Assembly (NCBI GenBank): GCA_965246885.1
Contig: OZ251992.1
Span: 1,824,001-1,888,000, forward strand
DNA length: 64,000 nt
DNA from: Abditibacterium sp.
Lineage (GTDB): Bacteria; Armatimonadota; Abditibacteriia; Abditibacteriales; Abditibacteriaceae
Reading direction: 5' to 3'
The translations under genes were made by a program, and so were the position numbers. Below, piece by piece: positions 49,038-59,099 of this stretch. Under the pieces are notes generated by a model, which saw only the letters and a program-made list of their open reading frames with translations, made no database searches and was not told the origin of the DNA. Position 1 is the first letter of the stretch; each line of letters begins with the position of its first letter.

Positions 49038-50060
49038 TTAAAACTCGAACCCCGGAGCATTGATTTGGACGGGGGCGCCCGTGACTTCGACGTTGAGGCC
49101 GCTTTGCGCGCTACCTGCGGTGGGGGCGTAGGCGATGGTGGCTTGCTCGCCGGAGAACTTGTAGTCTTGCGGGCCGCTCGCGGTTTGCAAGCGGTAGAAG
49201 CCTTTCACGTCGCCGGAAAACGTCGCTTTACCCGTTGCGCGGTCGAAAGTGGCGCCGTTGCTGGTCACTTCGACGTGCGTGGGGGTGCCGAACTGGTTGG
49301 GCTTGGTGGCGGCGGCAGGGTCGGGCGGCAGGTCGTATTTGACGACGGTTTTGCCCTTAGTCGTGAGCGTGGAAAGCGTCCCGTCGCTCCCGCGCGCGAT
49401 GATGAAGGTAGGCGCCGCGAGGTCGAAAGCGTTGGTGCCGCCGACGGATTGGGCGCGGGCGTCGCCCGTAAAGGTGGCGTTGCCACTGCTTTGATCCACT
49501 TGTCCGCGCTTGGCGGATACGCGCAGTTCGCCCAAGGCGTCGGCGCGTCCGAAGGTTTCGGCGGGGATTTGCAAGGTCGGGTTTTGCACGTCCGCTTGGA
49601 AGTTGCCTGCTGTGAAGGACAAGTCGGCGCGGTTGCCGGAGAGGGTGTTTTTGCCGCCGTCGCCGATTTGGTAGAAGCCGCTCAGGTTGCCGATGAGTTG
49701 CAGGGTGCGGGCACTCGTCGTGAGGGTGGCGGAGTCGGACTTGGCTTCGACGTAGGTTTTAGGGGCTTTGTCGGTCGCGGCGATGTTGAGCTTGAGGGCG
49801 ACGCCGCCTCCGGCGCGCACCTGCGAGATGGTGCGGGCGCCCAAGTCGAAGGCGATGACGGGCGCGACGACCGACAGTTGCGGCGAGTTGATGCGCGCGG
49901 GGTTTTGGGCGGTGCCTTCCAAGCGGATACCGTTTTGGCGGGCGACGACTTTGGGAGCGGAATACGTGAACGCACCGGTCGCGGGCGCGGCCTTGGTTTG
50001 GGCGCGCGCGCCGGGGGCAAGGAGCAGAAGCAAGACGAGCAGGAAAACAATTCTGGGCAT
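49038..50060 (-). CDS. LptA/OstA-like periplasmic beta-jellyroll protein
   Basis: Signal peptide, beta-rich, directly upstream of lptB. Confidence 0.7.
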   Translation of the reverse strand: MPRIVFLLVLLLLLAPGARAQTKAAPATGAFTYSAPKVVARQNGIRLEGTAQNPARINSPQLSVVAPVIAFDLGARTISQVRAGGGVALKLNIAATDKAPKTYVEAKSDSATLTTSARTLQLIGNLSGFYQIGDGGKNTLSGNRADLSFTAGNFQADVQNPTLQIPAETFGRADALGELRVSAKRGQVDQSSGNATFTGDARAQSVGGTNAFDLAAPTFIIARGSDGTLSTLTTKGKTVVKYDLPPDPAAATKPNQFGTPTHVEVTSNGATFDRATGKATFSGDVKGFYRLQTASGPQDYKFSGEQATIAYAPTAGSAQSGLNVEVTGAPVQINAPGFEF

Positions 50061-50175
50061 AAAGGAAGCGTTGGGGAAGCAGTTTGACGGACGCTCGGCG
50101 CCGGGGCACGGCGCGGCGTTTAGAGTTGTCGGGGAGTGGCAAGCTCAAGGGGGAGGGGCGACACTAACGGGCACG

Positions 50176-52212
50176 ATGAACCCCATCTTCCGGCGGGAGT
50201 TTCTGGCGCGCTGGCGCGACTGGCGGTCGCACTTGCTGCTGCTGGGCTTGGCGCTTCTGCTGAGCCTGACGGCGTTTCTGGTGTATCGCTTTGCGCTGCA
50301 AGACGCGCCGATGAACTACCGGGTTTATCCGCCGCGCCCGATTGTGGAGTCGTTGGCGACGCGGGCGTCGCGGGCGGGGCACACGCTGTTCACGTGGCTG
50401 GCGTGCGGCAACGTCGCCGTTTGGTTTCTGCTCGCGCCGCTTTTGTGCGCGACGGGGATCGCGCGCGAGCGGGAGCGCGGGCTGTTGGAGGGGTTGCAAC
50501 TGTCGCCGATGTCGCCGCGCTCGCAGGTGTGGGCGCGGGCGCTATCGGCGATGCTTTATCTGGCGGCATTGCAACTGGTGACGCTGCCGATTTACTTCGT
50601 GGCGTTCTCGTTTGGCGGGGTGTCGGAAGGGGAAATCGGTCGCGCGTGGTTGGTAGTGGCGGCGACGGCGTGGTGCGGAGTGGGGTTGGGGCTGTCGTTG
50701 TCGGCGGCGGCGTATCGGCCATCGGGCGCGCTGTTTGGGGCGGTGGCGCTGGTGTTTGGGTGGACGGTAGCGGCGGTGCTGGGGTTTAGTGGCATGGCGG
50801 GGCCTTGGGGGATGCTCAGTTTGGGGGTGTGGACAAGGCCGCTCGCGTTCGTGTTGTTCTGTTCGCATCCGGCGATGGTAGCGGGCGCGGTGTGCGACTC
50901 GACGTTCGCCGGTTACTTTAGCGTGGTCAGTCCAACCAGTTACGGGCCGCCGTTTTGGACGTTCGACCGCGTGTTTCCGCTTTGTGTGGCGGGATGTTTC
51001 GCGGCGGGCGCGCTTGGCCTGTGGAAGACGACGCGCGAGGTGACGCGCGCCTTCGAGCCGTCGGGGTGGGCGGGGCGTAACCCGTTGGTCGAAGGGTGGA
51101 AGAAGCGGCGCGCGGCGCGGCTGGAATCGCGGCGAGCGCGGGCGCGGACGCGCATGAGCGTCGAGGGCGCGCTACTGGCCGACTTGCCCTTCGACAAGTG
51201 GATTCGCTTCAAGAACCCGCTCCTGAACCGCGAGGTGAGAAGCCGCTTTCGCTTGCGGCGCACGAGCGCGCCGCTGTGGTTCGGGCGCGGCGTGTTGGCT
51301 TTGTTGGCGGCGAGCGCGTGGTTGCGGGCGGTGGATGCGCTCCTTGACCCGCCCGGACGGGTGGCGGGCGCGGCGTTTCTGCTGTGGACGGAGTGGCTAC
51401 TGGGCGCGGCGCTTGTCGGGACGTGGGCGGCGTCGGGATACGCGCGCGAGCGCGAAGCGGGAACATGGGAAGGCTTGCGCTTGTCGCTGCTGGGAAGCGG
51501 CGCCATCGCGCGCACCAAGTGGGCGTCGCCGCTTCTCGCCTTTGCGCTCCTGACCATCCCCTTGTGGGGGCTGTTGCTCGCTTTTGCGCACGTCGGGAAC
51601 TGGAGCGGCGTGCCGATAGCGGTGCTGTTGGCGGGGGCGCTGGTCGTCGCGACGTCGCTGGGGGTCATCAGCGCGCTGGGCAACTGGGTATCGCTGCGCG
51701 CCCGCAACACCACCACCGCGACCTGCTGGACGCTGGGGCTGTTGCTGGGCGGTTTCGCTATCGCGCCGCCCCTGTTGGATGAGGTGGGCGTAAGCGACTG
51801 GTGCGTGCGGCACATTACCGGTGTGCCGAGACCAAGCGACTACGTTGGCAGTGGCCAAGACTATCAGTGGCGACAATTCCCAGAGGTTCTCGCGCGCTAC
51901 GAGTGGGAGACTGGAAGCAAGGCTCCCCCCCTCCAGCCACCTCACCCGCTCACTCACGCAGGAATACTGTCTTTTGCGGAAAAGAATAAGCGTTTTAGCG
52001 CGTGGTGCGAAACAAAAGGGGCGCAAGTGGCGGATGTCGGCGTTTCGTTGAAGGCTTGGAACCCCCTTTCTGTGCTGTACCGCTTCGAGAACCAACCCGA
52101 CAAGGACGATGATTACGTGCGACTGGCCCTCACGCATGCCGTCTTGTGCGCCGTTGCCATCGCGCTCCTCCTCGGAAGCACAGTGCGGCGGCTAAAGGGG
52201 CGGCTGGACTAA
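50176..52212 (+). CDS. ABC-2 type permease with two tandem permease domains
   Basis: NPIFRREF and NPLLNREVR; IARERERGLLEGL and YAREREAGTWEGL. Confidence 0.85.
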   Translation: MNPIFRREFLARWRDWRSHLLLLGLALLLSLTAFLVYRFALQDAPMNYRVYPPRPIVESLATRASRAGHTLFTWLACGNVAVWFLLAPLLCATGIARERERGLLEGLQLSPMSPRSQVWARALSAMLYLAALQLVTLPIYFVAFSFGGVSEGEIGRAWLVVAATAWCGVGLGLSLSAAAYRPSGALFGAVALVFGWTVAAVLGFSGMAGPWGMLSLGVWTRPLAFVLFCSHPAMVAGAVCDSTFAGYFSVVSPTSYGPPFWTFDRVFPLCVAGCFAAGALGLWKTTREVTRAFEPSGWAGRNPLVEGWKKRRAARLESRRARARTRMSVEGALLADLPFDKWIRFKNPLLNREVRSRFRLRRTSAPLWFGRGVLALLAASAWLRAVDALLDPPGRVAGAAFLLWTEWLLGAALVGTWAASGYAREREAGTWEGLRLSLLGSGAIARTKWASPLLAFALLTIPLWGLLLAFAHVGNWSGVPIAVLLAGALVVATSLGVISALGNWVSLRARNTTTATCWTLGLLLGGFAIAPPLLDEVGVSDWCVRHITGVPRPSDYVGSGQDYQWRQFPEVLARYEWETGSKAPPLQPPHPLTHAGILSFAEKNKRFSAWCETKGAQVADVGVSLKAWNPLSVLYRFENQPDKDDDYVRLALTHAVLCAVAIALLLGSTVRRLKGRLD

Positions 52213-52237
52213 GGCGGGGGCGCACACTATAACCCCG

Positions 52238-53942
52238 GTGGCCCGCTTTTCCGATTTTCCCATTCTCACGCGCGAAGTGCGGGCGCGCTTTCGGCGTGAG
52301 CGGGCGTTTGCTTTGCTGGGAGTGTTGTTGATGGCGGCGGTGTGGATGGTGTTGCGGCGCTTGGGGGCTTCCGACGTGCCGATAGCGCCGGGAGTGTCGG
52401 TGCTGGTGCCGTTGTCGCAGGAGTTACTGGTGCAGTTGGTGTGGACACAAATCGCGGGCGTGTGCCTCTTGGCGCCAATGATAGCGGCGCCCCTCATCGC
52501 GCGCGAGCGGGAAAGCGGCGCGACGGACGACTTGTTGCTAACGCCCCTGTCGCCGCTCCGGTTGGCACTGGAAAAGTGGGCGGCGGGCGGGCTGTTTTTG
52601 GGATTATTGTTGCTCGCACTGTGGCCGCTCGACATGGTGGCGCTGTTGCTGGGCGACACGCCGATTGCGGACATGTGGCCGCTCGCGCTCTTGGTGGCGG
52701 GTTGTTGGGCGTGGGGGAGCGCGTTGGGAACGGTGTGCTCGGCGGGGGCACGTCGTGCCGCGAGTGCGCTGCGGAGCGCGGTGGGCATAGCGTTCGTTTG
52801 GCTGGCAGGCTCGCTGTTGTGTGCTGTTCTAACGGGCGAGACGACTTGGGGCGCGGGCGTGGAGCGCAGCGCCGGTTTGGGTGGCGTGGATAGGGCGCAC
52901 CAACCCGATTTTGTGCGCGCTCGATTTGCTGCATCCCTCGCTCCTGCTGCCCGCGAAGTGGCCGTTTTGCGCGGCGTTCTTGGCGGGCGGAACGGCGCTG
53001 TTTGTGGGCGTGGCCGCGTTGTCGCTATGCAAGCCGTTGCCGGATTTGCCCATCATCGCAGCCAAGCACAACGGCAAAATTGGCGGGGTGAGCGGCGCGC
53101 TGTCGCGGTTGGAGATGCCGCTCGTGGGGCGCTTCGCGCCGAGTAATCCTGTGTTGGGCCGCGAAGCGCGGGGCAAGTTCCGCTTGCGTCAGCCGCCCTT
53201 GGCGGTGCTGGTGTCGGAGGTGGTGCTGGCGCTGGGGGTGATGGGAGGTTACGGGTTCTTGGTGCGCCAAGCGATTGTTGACTCCAAGACGCGTCCGGCA
53301 ATTTTCTGGGGCGTGGCGTGGACGGGCTTCTTCGTGTCCATCTTGGCGGCGGCAAGTCTGGGCGGGGCGGCCTTAGCGCGCGAGCGCGAAAACGGCACGT
53401 GGGACGCGCTGCGCCTCTCGCTGTTGTCCGCCCCGCAGATAGTGCGCGGCAAACTAATCGCGGCGTTGGCGACGTGCCTTGCGCTCTCGCTCCCGGTATG
53501 GCCGTTGCTGCTCTTGTGCGTGGATTGGGGCGGCGCATGGGTGCCCACGCACGGCGCGCAAGTGCAACCGTTCCAGTTGGTCGCGGCCATGCTCATCTGG
53601 CTGGGCGTGTTGTGGAGCCATACACTGCTGGGGTTGCTCTTGTCGGCGAGGGCGTCCAAGGCAGGAGCGGCAGTGGGCGGCGCCATCGCGGTATCGCTCG
53701 CGTGGATGCTTGGATCGCTGTTTTTGGTAACGGGCAACGGTGGCGCCATCGGGCTATTGGCCATCATCAACCCGCTAATGGCGTTGGCCGTAGCGACTGA
53801 CCCGCCACCCACATATATGGCGGCGGCGGCTGGTTGGCCGTATGCCCTCTTCGCGTTTGCGTTGGGCGCGCTGATGCTGGCGCTGGTCGAGTCGGAAGTG
53901 GTGGCGTTGTTGGAAGGGCCGCTACAGCGCGTGAAGGAGTAG
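52238..53942 (+). pseudogene. Second double-domain ABC-2 permease, frameshifted near 52850-52880
   Basis: First half in ORF 52238 (PILTREVR, IARERESG) and second half in ORF 52881 (NPVLGRE, ARERENGTW); together they match the upstream paralog architecture. Confidence 0.75.
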
Positions 53943-53949
53943 ACGAAGT

Positions 53950-55188
53950 CTACTCCCCCACCGGTGCAATCGCCACCCGCGACGACAATTGCAACACCCC
54001 GCCGCCCTTCGCATCGGGGTAGTCCGCCGCTCCGAAGAGGGCTACCCATCGCGCTCCTTTTGGCGGTTTGGGACGCGGCGCCACCCAGTTGGCACCGCGT
54101 CGGGTCATCGGTGTTGCGCTCCAAGTGGCTTGCCGAAAGTCGCGCGAGCCGCTCCACGCCCAGTGCAAAAGCGCGCTCCCCGCGCCCGGCGCGCGTAGCT
54201 CTTCCTGTCCCGCCGTCTTCTGGAGCGTGGGGTTGGGTATCGTTTGGCCCGCGAGCGTGCGGCGTATCCACTGTGCCGAGCTTTGCAGAAGCGTGGGAAC
54301 GCTATTGCCCATCGTGTGCCCTGCCCCGGCGAAATAGAGCCAGTTCGTTGGGCCGCGTACCTCTTTTGCAAAAGCGTCGGGCGCATCCGGTGTCCAGTAG
54401 TCCGAGTTCGTGGCGTCTATGAGCAGCTTCGGCACGCGGATGTCCGCGCGAAAGGAGTACGGATCCCACGTCTGCAACAGCGCCACACCGCGCGGCTGTT
54501 GCAAGCGCGCCTCGTAGTCCGTCCCGACCATCGCCGTCCAATGCGGTGATAGCTGCCCCCAGTCGCGGAGTTGCAAACGGGTCTGCGCCGCCAGATTCAA
54601 GTTGTTGTAGCCCAGCGACACCAGCGCCGCCACGCGCGGGTCGCTCGCAGTCAGCCATGCACCCAGCGCCCGCTTGGAAAAACCGACCAGAACGAACCGC
54701 TTCAGGGGCGCCTTGGACGGTGCAGCCCACGCTTGCACTGCGTCCATCGAAGCTTTGGCCGCCCTTGCGAGTGGGAAGGCGAGAGACCACGTCGGGTCGC
54801 CCGTCTGCTCGGAGCGCTGTATCGAATAACCGAGCAGGCCGTTCTCCCTTCGGTTCCACAACGGCTGATTCGGCACGTCGTACACCATCGCAACGGTTGT
54901 GCCCGTCGCGTCCGCCGCCAGTTGCCCGCCCAAACCGTCCCAAGGCACCGGATTCGTCAGCAGCAACAGCGTCGCTGTGCCGGGAAAGCGGTTGTCGCGC
55001 GGCACGAACACCCGCGCGCGGTGCGTCCACACCGTCCCGTGCCACGCGCCCGACGAAAAGGAGAAATTCGCCGCGCCGTCGCGCCGCAAGTGCAGGTCGT
55101 GCTTGGCCGCGAGGAACTGCCGGAGTGGGCGAGTGGCGTCGGTTGCGCTGCGATGCGGCGGGGCGGTGCTTATAGGCAGTAAGGGCAT
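53950..55188 (-). CDS. PhoPQ-activated pathogenicity-related (PqaA-like) alpha/beta hydrolase
   Basis: WTH, VPNQPL, SMDAVQ, GFSKR..W, DPYSF, ATNSDYW, DFR.A.W. Confidence 0.85.
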   Translation of the reverse strand: MPLLPISTAPPHRSATDATRPLRQFLAAKHDLHLRRDGAANFSFSSGAWHGTVWTHRARVFVPRDNRFPGTATLLLLTNPVPWDGLGGQLAADATGTTVAMVYDVPNQPLWNRRENGLLGYSIQRSEQTGDPTWSLAFPLARAAKASMDAVQAWAAPSKAPLKRFVLVGFSKRALGAWLTASDPRVAALVSLGYNNLNLAAQTRLQLRDWGQLSPHWTAMVGTDYEARLQQPRGVALLQTWDPYSFRADIRVPKLLIDATNSDYWTPDAPDAFAKEVRGPTNWLYFAGAGHTMGNSVPTLLQSSAQWIRRTLAGQTIPNPTLQKTAGQEELRAPGAGSALLHWAWSGSRDFRQATWSATPMTRRGANWVAPRPKPPKGARWVALFGAADYPDAKGGGVLQLSSRVAIAPVGE

Positions 55189-56568
55189 CTAAAACGCCCT
55201 CGCGGTCAGCACCCGTTGCCCGTTCGTCCACAGCGGCGACGCCAACACGAGCGGCGAAGGCGTTCCCTTCTCGCTCCACTGCGCTTGCGCGAAGACCGCG
55301 CCGAACGGCTCAAGGCGTGCGTTGGGCACGCTCAACACCCAACCGGTTTCCGTATGTTGCATCGGAATCGAGCGCCACTGGGCGTGGCGGAAATCACGGG
55401 ATTGGCTTTTCGCGCCCCAAAGGACGACCGATGTTGGAGCGCCGCTCACTGTTGCCGTAAACGTGTCGCCGCCGTGCATAAGGCTAATGGTGGGCACCGT
55501 CTCGCCGCCCAAAAGTAGCCTCGACCACACCGCCGCCGACTGCGCGAGGGGCACAATCTGCGCGCCGAGAAAGTGCGTGGAGTTCGGCGCGTAGTAAGTG
55601 GAAAGCGCGGTCTGATGACCGAGTTCGTCGCGGTAGAGGGTTTGGGCGTCGTGCGGCCAATAGCCATCGTTGGTGGCGTTGATGGAGAGGATGGGCACCG
55701 TGAGGCGCTTCAAATAGGAGTAAGGGTCAACGGCGCGCAGTAGCTCTTTGCCGCGCTCCGAGCCGGTAGCGCCTTCGTCCATCAAGCCGAGGTTGGAGAA
55801 CGCGACGGACAAGTCGGAGGTGCCGCCCCACACCTCGTGCTGATGCCGAATTTGCGCGGGGATGTTGAGGTTGTCATACACGACCGGCGCGGCGCCGCCG
55901 ACCCGCTTATCACCCGCCGCGACCAAGTAGGCCGTCCAGCCGCGCTTGCTCGCGCCGGTGACGATGAAGCGCTCAATGCGCTTGCCGTTCTTTTGCAACG
56001 ACCACGCTTGCAAGGCATCCATTGCTTTCACGACGGACTTAGCCATCGGCAGCAGAATAGGCCAACTGGCGTCTCCCGTTTCGAGGTATTTTCCAAAGGA
56101 ATAGGCGACCAACTCATCTTCCTCGCGCCCGTAAAGCGGCTGATTTGGGACGTTGAAGACGTTGACGGCATAGGCGCCGGACACATCGGCGATGCCTTGG
56201 CCGAGAATGGATTCGGGAAAGGAGCCGCCGCCGTACGAGATGTTGAGCACGGCGGCGTCGGGGAAATCGAGTTTGGCGGGCTTGAACACCTGCAAGCGGT
56301 GCGTCCAGTCGCCGCCCTGCCATGTTTGCGAAGTGAGCTTGAGGTTGGCGAAGCCGTCGCCCGCGTAGTCGGGCGAAACGTCGCTCCATTTATAACTGGG
56401 TTCGGGGCGTTTGAGAAAGGTGTCCAAGGCGGTGGGTTCGGTTTGGGGCGTCGCGGCGGATGCTTTCGGGGTGGACGCAACGGATTTGACGAGCGGCGCG
56501 GCGGGAGTAGTCGTGGCGGCTTGGCATCCGGCGAGGGCGAGCGCGGCCAACGGGAGAAGGCGAGACAT
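55189..56568 (-). CDS. PqaA-like alpha/beta hydrolase, lipoprotein
   Basis: Lipobox LAGC; LTSQTWQ, VPNQP, PMAKSVVKAMD, GASKRGWT, DPYSY. Confidence 0.88.
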   Translation of the reverse strand: MSRLLPLAALALAGCQAATTTPAAPLVKSVASTPKASAATPQTEPTALDTFLKRPEPSYKWSDVSPDYAGDGFANLKLTSQTWQGGDWTHRLQVFKPAKLDFPDAAVLNISYGGGSFPESILGQGIADVSGAYAVNVFNVPNQPLYGREEDELVAYSFGKYLETGDASWPILLPMAKSVVKAMDALQAWSLQKNGKRIERFIVTGASKRGWTAYLVAAGDKRVGGAAPVVYDNLNIPAQIRHQHEVWGGTSDLSVAFSNLGLMDEGATGSERGKELLRAVDPYSYLKRLTVPILSINATNDGYWPHDAQTLYRDELGHQTALSTYYAPNSTHFLGAQIVPLAQSAAVWSRLLLGGETVPTISLMHGGDTFTATVSGAPTSVVLWGAKSQSRDFRHAQWRSIPMQHTETGWVLSVPNARLEPFGAVFAQAQWSEKGTPSPLVLASPLWTNGQRVLTARAF

Positions 56569-56622
56569 GTCTCTCTTCCAGACGCCCATGCCGCGCCGAT
56601 GTTTCCCGACGCGGCGTGGAGA

Positions 56623-56748
56623 AGCGCCGATGTCCGGGAACGAGTGACAGACGTCTGAGAATCAATGACAGGCGTCTGGGAATCGGTGACAGGCGTCTGG
56701 GAATCGGTGACAGGCGTCTGGGAATCGGTGACAGACGTCCGTCTTCCT
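56623..56748. repeat. 21-bp tandem array (reverse complement of the 24242 family)
   Basis: (G/A)TGACAG(G/A)CGTCTGGGAATCG units at 56644, 56665, 56686, 56707 and 56728. Confidence 0.92.
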
Positions 56749-56851
56749 TTGGCGGATGGCGGCAAGAGGAGGGAGCGCGCGGGCTGTCATAAGCGTTTGG
56801 GAGCGGCCCATCGGAAAAGCCTCCAAACGGCCTTCCTATACTTCCATAGAA

Positions 56852-58684
56852 ATGAACTCACATAAAAAAGAGGCTTTGCCCGTGCGCGAAGACCTTCGCA
56901 ATATCGCCATCGTCGCCCACGTTGATCACGGCAAGACGACTCTCGTGGATACCATGCTTCAACAAGCGCACACCTTCCGCGCCAATCAAGAACTCACCGA
57001 CCGCGTGATGGACTCGATGGACTTGGAGCGTGAGCGCGGCATTACCATTATGGCCAAAAACGCGGCGCTGCGCCTCGACTACAAGGGACAGGCGATGAAA
57101 ATCAACATCATTGACACCCCCGGCCACAGCGATTTCGGCGGCGAAGTCGAGCGCGTGCTTTCTATGGCGGACGGCTGTTTGCTGCTTGTGGACGCGGCGG
57201 AAGGCTGTTTGCCCCAGACCCGCTTCGTCTTAGGTAAGGCGCTGGAAGCAGGGCTGACGCCCATCATCGTTGTCAATAAAATAGACCGTCAAGACGCCCG
57301 CCCCGAAGCCGTGTTGGATGAGATATATTCGCTTTTCATTGATCTGGACGCCGACGAAGACCAGTTGGACTTCCCGGTCATCTACGCCATCGGGCGCGAC
57401 GGCATCGCCAAGAAAAACCTTGCCGATGAGTCGAGCGACTTGATGCCCTTGTTTGACGCCATCATCGAGAGCGTTCCCGCGCCCCGCGCCGACGTGGAAG
57501 CGCCGCTTCAGATGATGATTTCCAACCTCGATTACAACGACTTCGTGGGCCGCTTGGTCATCGGGCGCATCATTGCGGGCACCATTCGCGCCAATCAGGA
57601 AGTCATGCTGTGCACTTTGGACGGCGAGTTCAAGAAGTATAAAATCAGTTCCCTGTTTGGCTTCGAGGGGTTAAAGCGGGAGCCGATTCAAGAGGCCGGG
57701 GCGGGCGACATCGTGGCCTTTTCGGGCATTGAGAACCCGCAGATAGGCGAAACCGTCGCCGACGTGGAAAACCCCGTCGCGCTTAAGCCGCTTACCGTTG
57801 ACGAGCCGACAATCGCCATGAACTTTGCGGCGAATGTGTCTCCCTTTGCGGGCAAGGACGGCAAGTTTGTGACGGGCCGCCACCTCCGCGACCGCTTGGC
57901 GCGCGAGGTTTTGAGCAACGTCGCCATCCGCGTGGAACCCGCCGCCGAGCCGGACACGTTCAAAGTCTCCGGTCGCGGGGAGTTGCAACTTGCCATCATC
58001 ATCGAGCAGATGCGCAGGGAAGGCTTCGAGCTTCAGGTGTCGCGCCCGGAAGTCGTAACGCACACCGAAGAGGGCAAGCTGATGGAGCCGGTGGAGCACG
58101 TGTTCATTGACGTGCCAACGGAAAGCGTGGGTGTCGTCACGGAAGCGCTCGGACGGCGCAAGGGGGTCATGACACAAATGACCAATCACGGGTCGGGCCG
58201 CGTGCGCTTGGAGTTCGACATCCCGTCGCGCGGGCTGATTGGGTTCCGGAGCCAGTTCCTGACCGAGACGCGCGGCATGGGCCTGCTGAACACGCTCTTC
58301 GCGCGCTATGCCGAGTGGGGCGGCCCGATTGCGCAGCGTCAAAGCGGCGCCCTCGTGGCTGACCGGAACGGTCAGTCTACACCCTTTGCCATGACCAACC
58401 TGCAAGAGCGCGGGACGATGTTCGTCGAACCTCAGACCCCGGTCTACGAGGGCATGATCATAGGCGAGAACTCGCGCGAGTCGGACATGAACGTCAACAT
58501 CACCAAGGAGAAGCACCTGACCAACATGCGCGCGTCCACGTCCGATCTGACGGTGAAAATTGTGCCGCCGTCCGTGCCCACTTTGGAGCGCGCCCTCGAA
58601 TGGATTAACGACGACGAGTTAGTGGAAGTAACGCCCAAAGCGATTCGCATCCGTAAGAAGAACCTGTCGAGCAACCGGAAGTAA
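56852..58684 (+). CDS. typA: Translational GTPase TypA/BipA
   Basis: [54 protein letters not shown]. Confidence 0.98.
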   Translation: MNSHKKEALPVREDLRNIAIVAHVDHGKTTLVDTMLQQAHTFRANQELTDRVMDSMDLERERGITIMAKNAALRLDYKGQAMKINIIDTPGHSDFGGEVERVLSMADGCLLLVDAAEGCLPQTRFVLGKALEAGLTPIIVVNKIDRQDARPEAVLDEIYSLFIDLDADEDQLDFPVIYAIGRDGIAKKNLADESSDLMPLFDAIIESVPAPRADVEAPLQMMISNLDYNDFVGRLVIGRIIAGTIRANQEVMLCTLDGEFKKYKISSLFGFEGLKREPIQEAGAGDIVAFSGIENPQIGETVADVENPVALKPLTVDEPTIAMNFAANVSPFAGKDGKFVTGRHLRDRLAREVLSNVAIRVEPAAEPDTFKVSGRGELQLAIIIEQMRREGFELQVSRPEVVTHTEEGKLMEPVEHVFIDVPTESVGVVTEALGRRKGVMTQMTNHGSGRVRLEFDIPSRGLIGFRSQFLTETRGMGLLNTLFARYAEWGGPIAQRQSGALVADRNGQSTPFAMTNLQERGTMFVEPQTPVYEGMIIGENSRESDMNVNITKEKHLTNMRASTSDLTVKIVPPSVPTLERALEWINDDELVEVTPKAIRIRKKNLSSNRK

Positions 58685-58863
58685 AAGTCAAAGAAGTGCT
58701 TGAGCGGTTATCTGCTGACGGTTGGGTATTGGCGCGGACGGCGGGAAGCCACCGCCAGTTCCATCACCCAACCAAACCGGGAACAGTCACCGTTTCTGGA
58801 AAACCTTCCTTGGACATTCCTCCCGGCACGCTGGGAAGCATCAAGCGTCAGGCAGGTTGGTAG
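58681..58863 (+). CDS. hicA: HicA family toxin (not in the ORF track; expected start codon is GTA, first usable start GTG 58696)
   Basis: Translates (V)[62 protein letters not shown] catalytic His. Confidence 0.85.
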   Translation, partial: VKVKEVLERLSADGWVLARTAGSHRQFHHPTKPGTVTVSGKPSLDIPPGTLGSIKRQAGW

Positions 58864-58876
58864 CAACGACAACGAT

Positions 58877-59089
58877 ATGGAATACACCGTAATTATCGAG
58901 CAAGGCCCCGGCAGCTTCGGCGCGTTTGCGCCTGACCTGCCGGGGTGCGTCGCTGTTGGGGAAACGCGCGAGGAAGTCGTGGAGCTAATGCGCGAGGCCA
59001 TCGAGTTTCATCTCGAAGGCTTACGCGCGGCGGGTGAAGCCGTTCCTTTGCCCATTCACTCCAGTGAGCGCGTCGCTGTAGCGGCTTGA
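58877..59089 (+). CDS. hicB: HicB family antitoxin (short form)
   Basis: MEYTVIIEQG...PDLPGCVAVGETREEV...REAIEFHLEG. Confidence 0.92.
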   Translation: MEYTVIIEQGPGSFGAFAPDLPGCVAVGETREEVVELMREAIEFHLEGLRAAGEAVPLPIHSSERVAVAA

Positions 59090-59099
59090 ACGTTGCGCC

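Noticed and set aside
58700..58876. N-terminal extension of HicB given by the ORF track (58700 start)
   Set aside because: The region encodes HicA in another frame, and HicB starts at ATG 58877.
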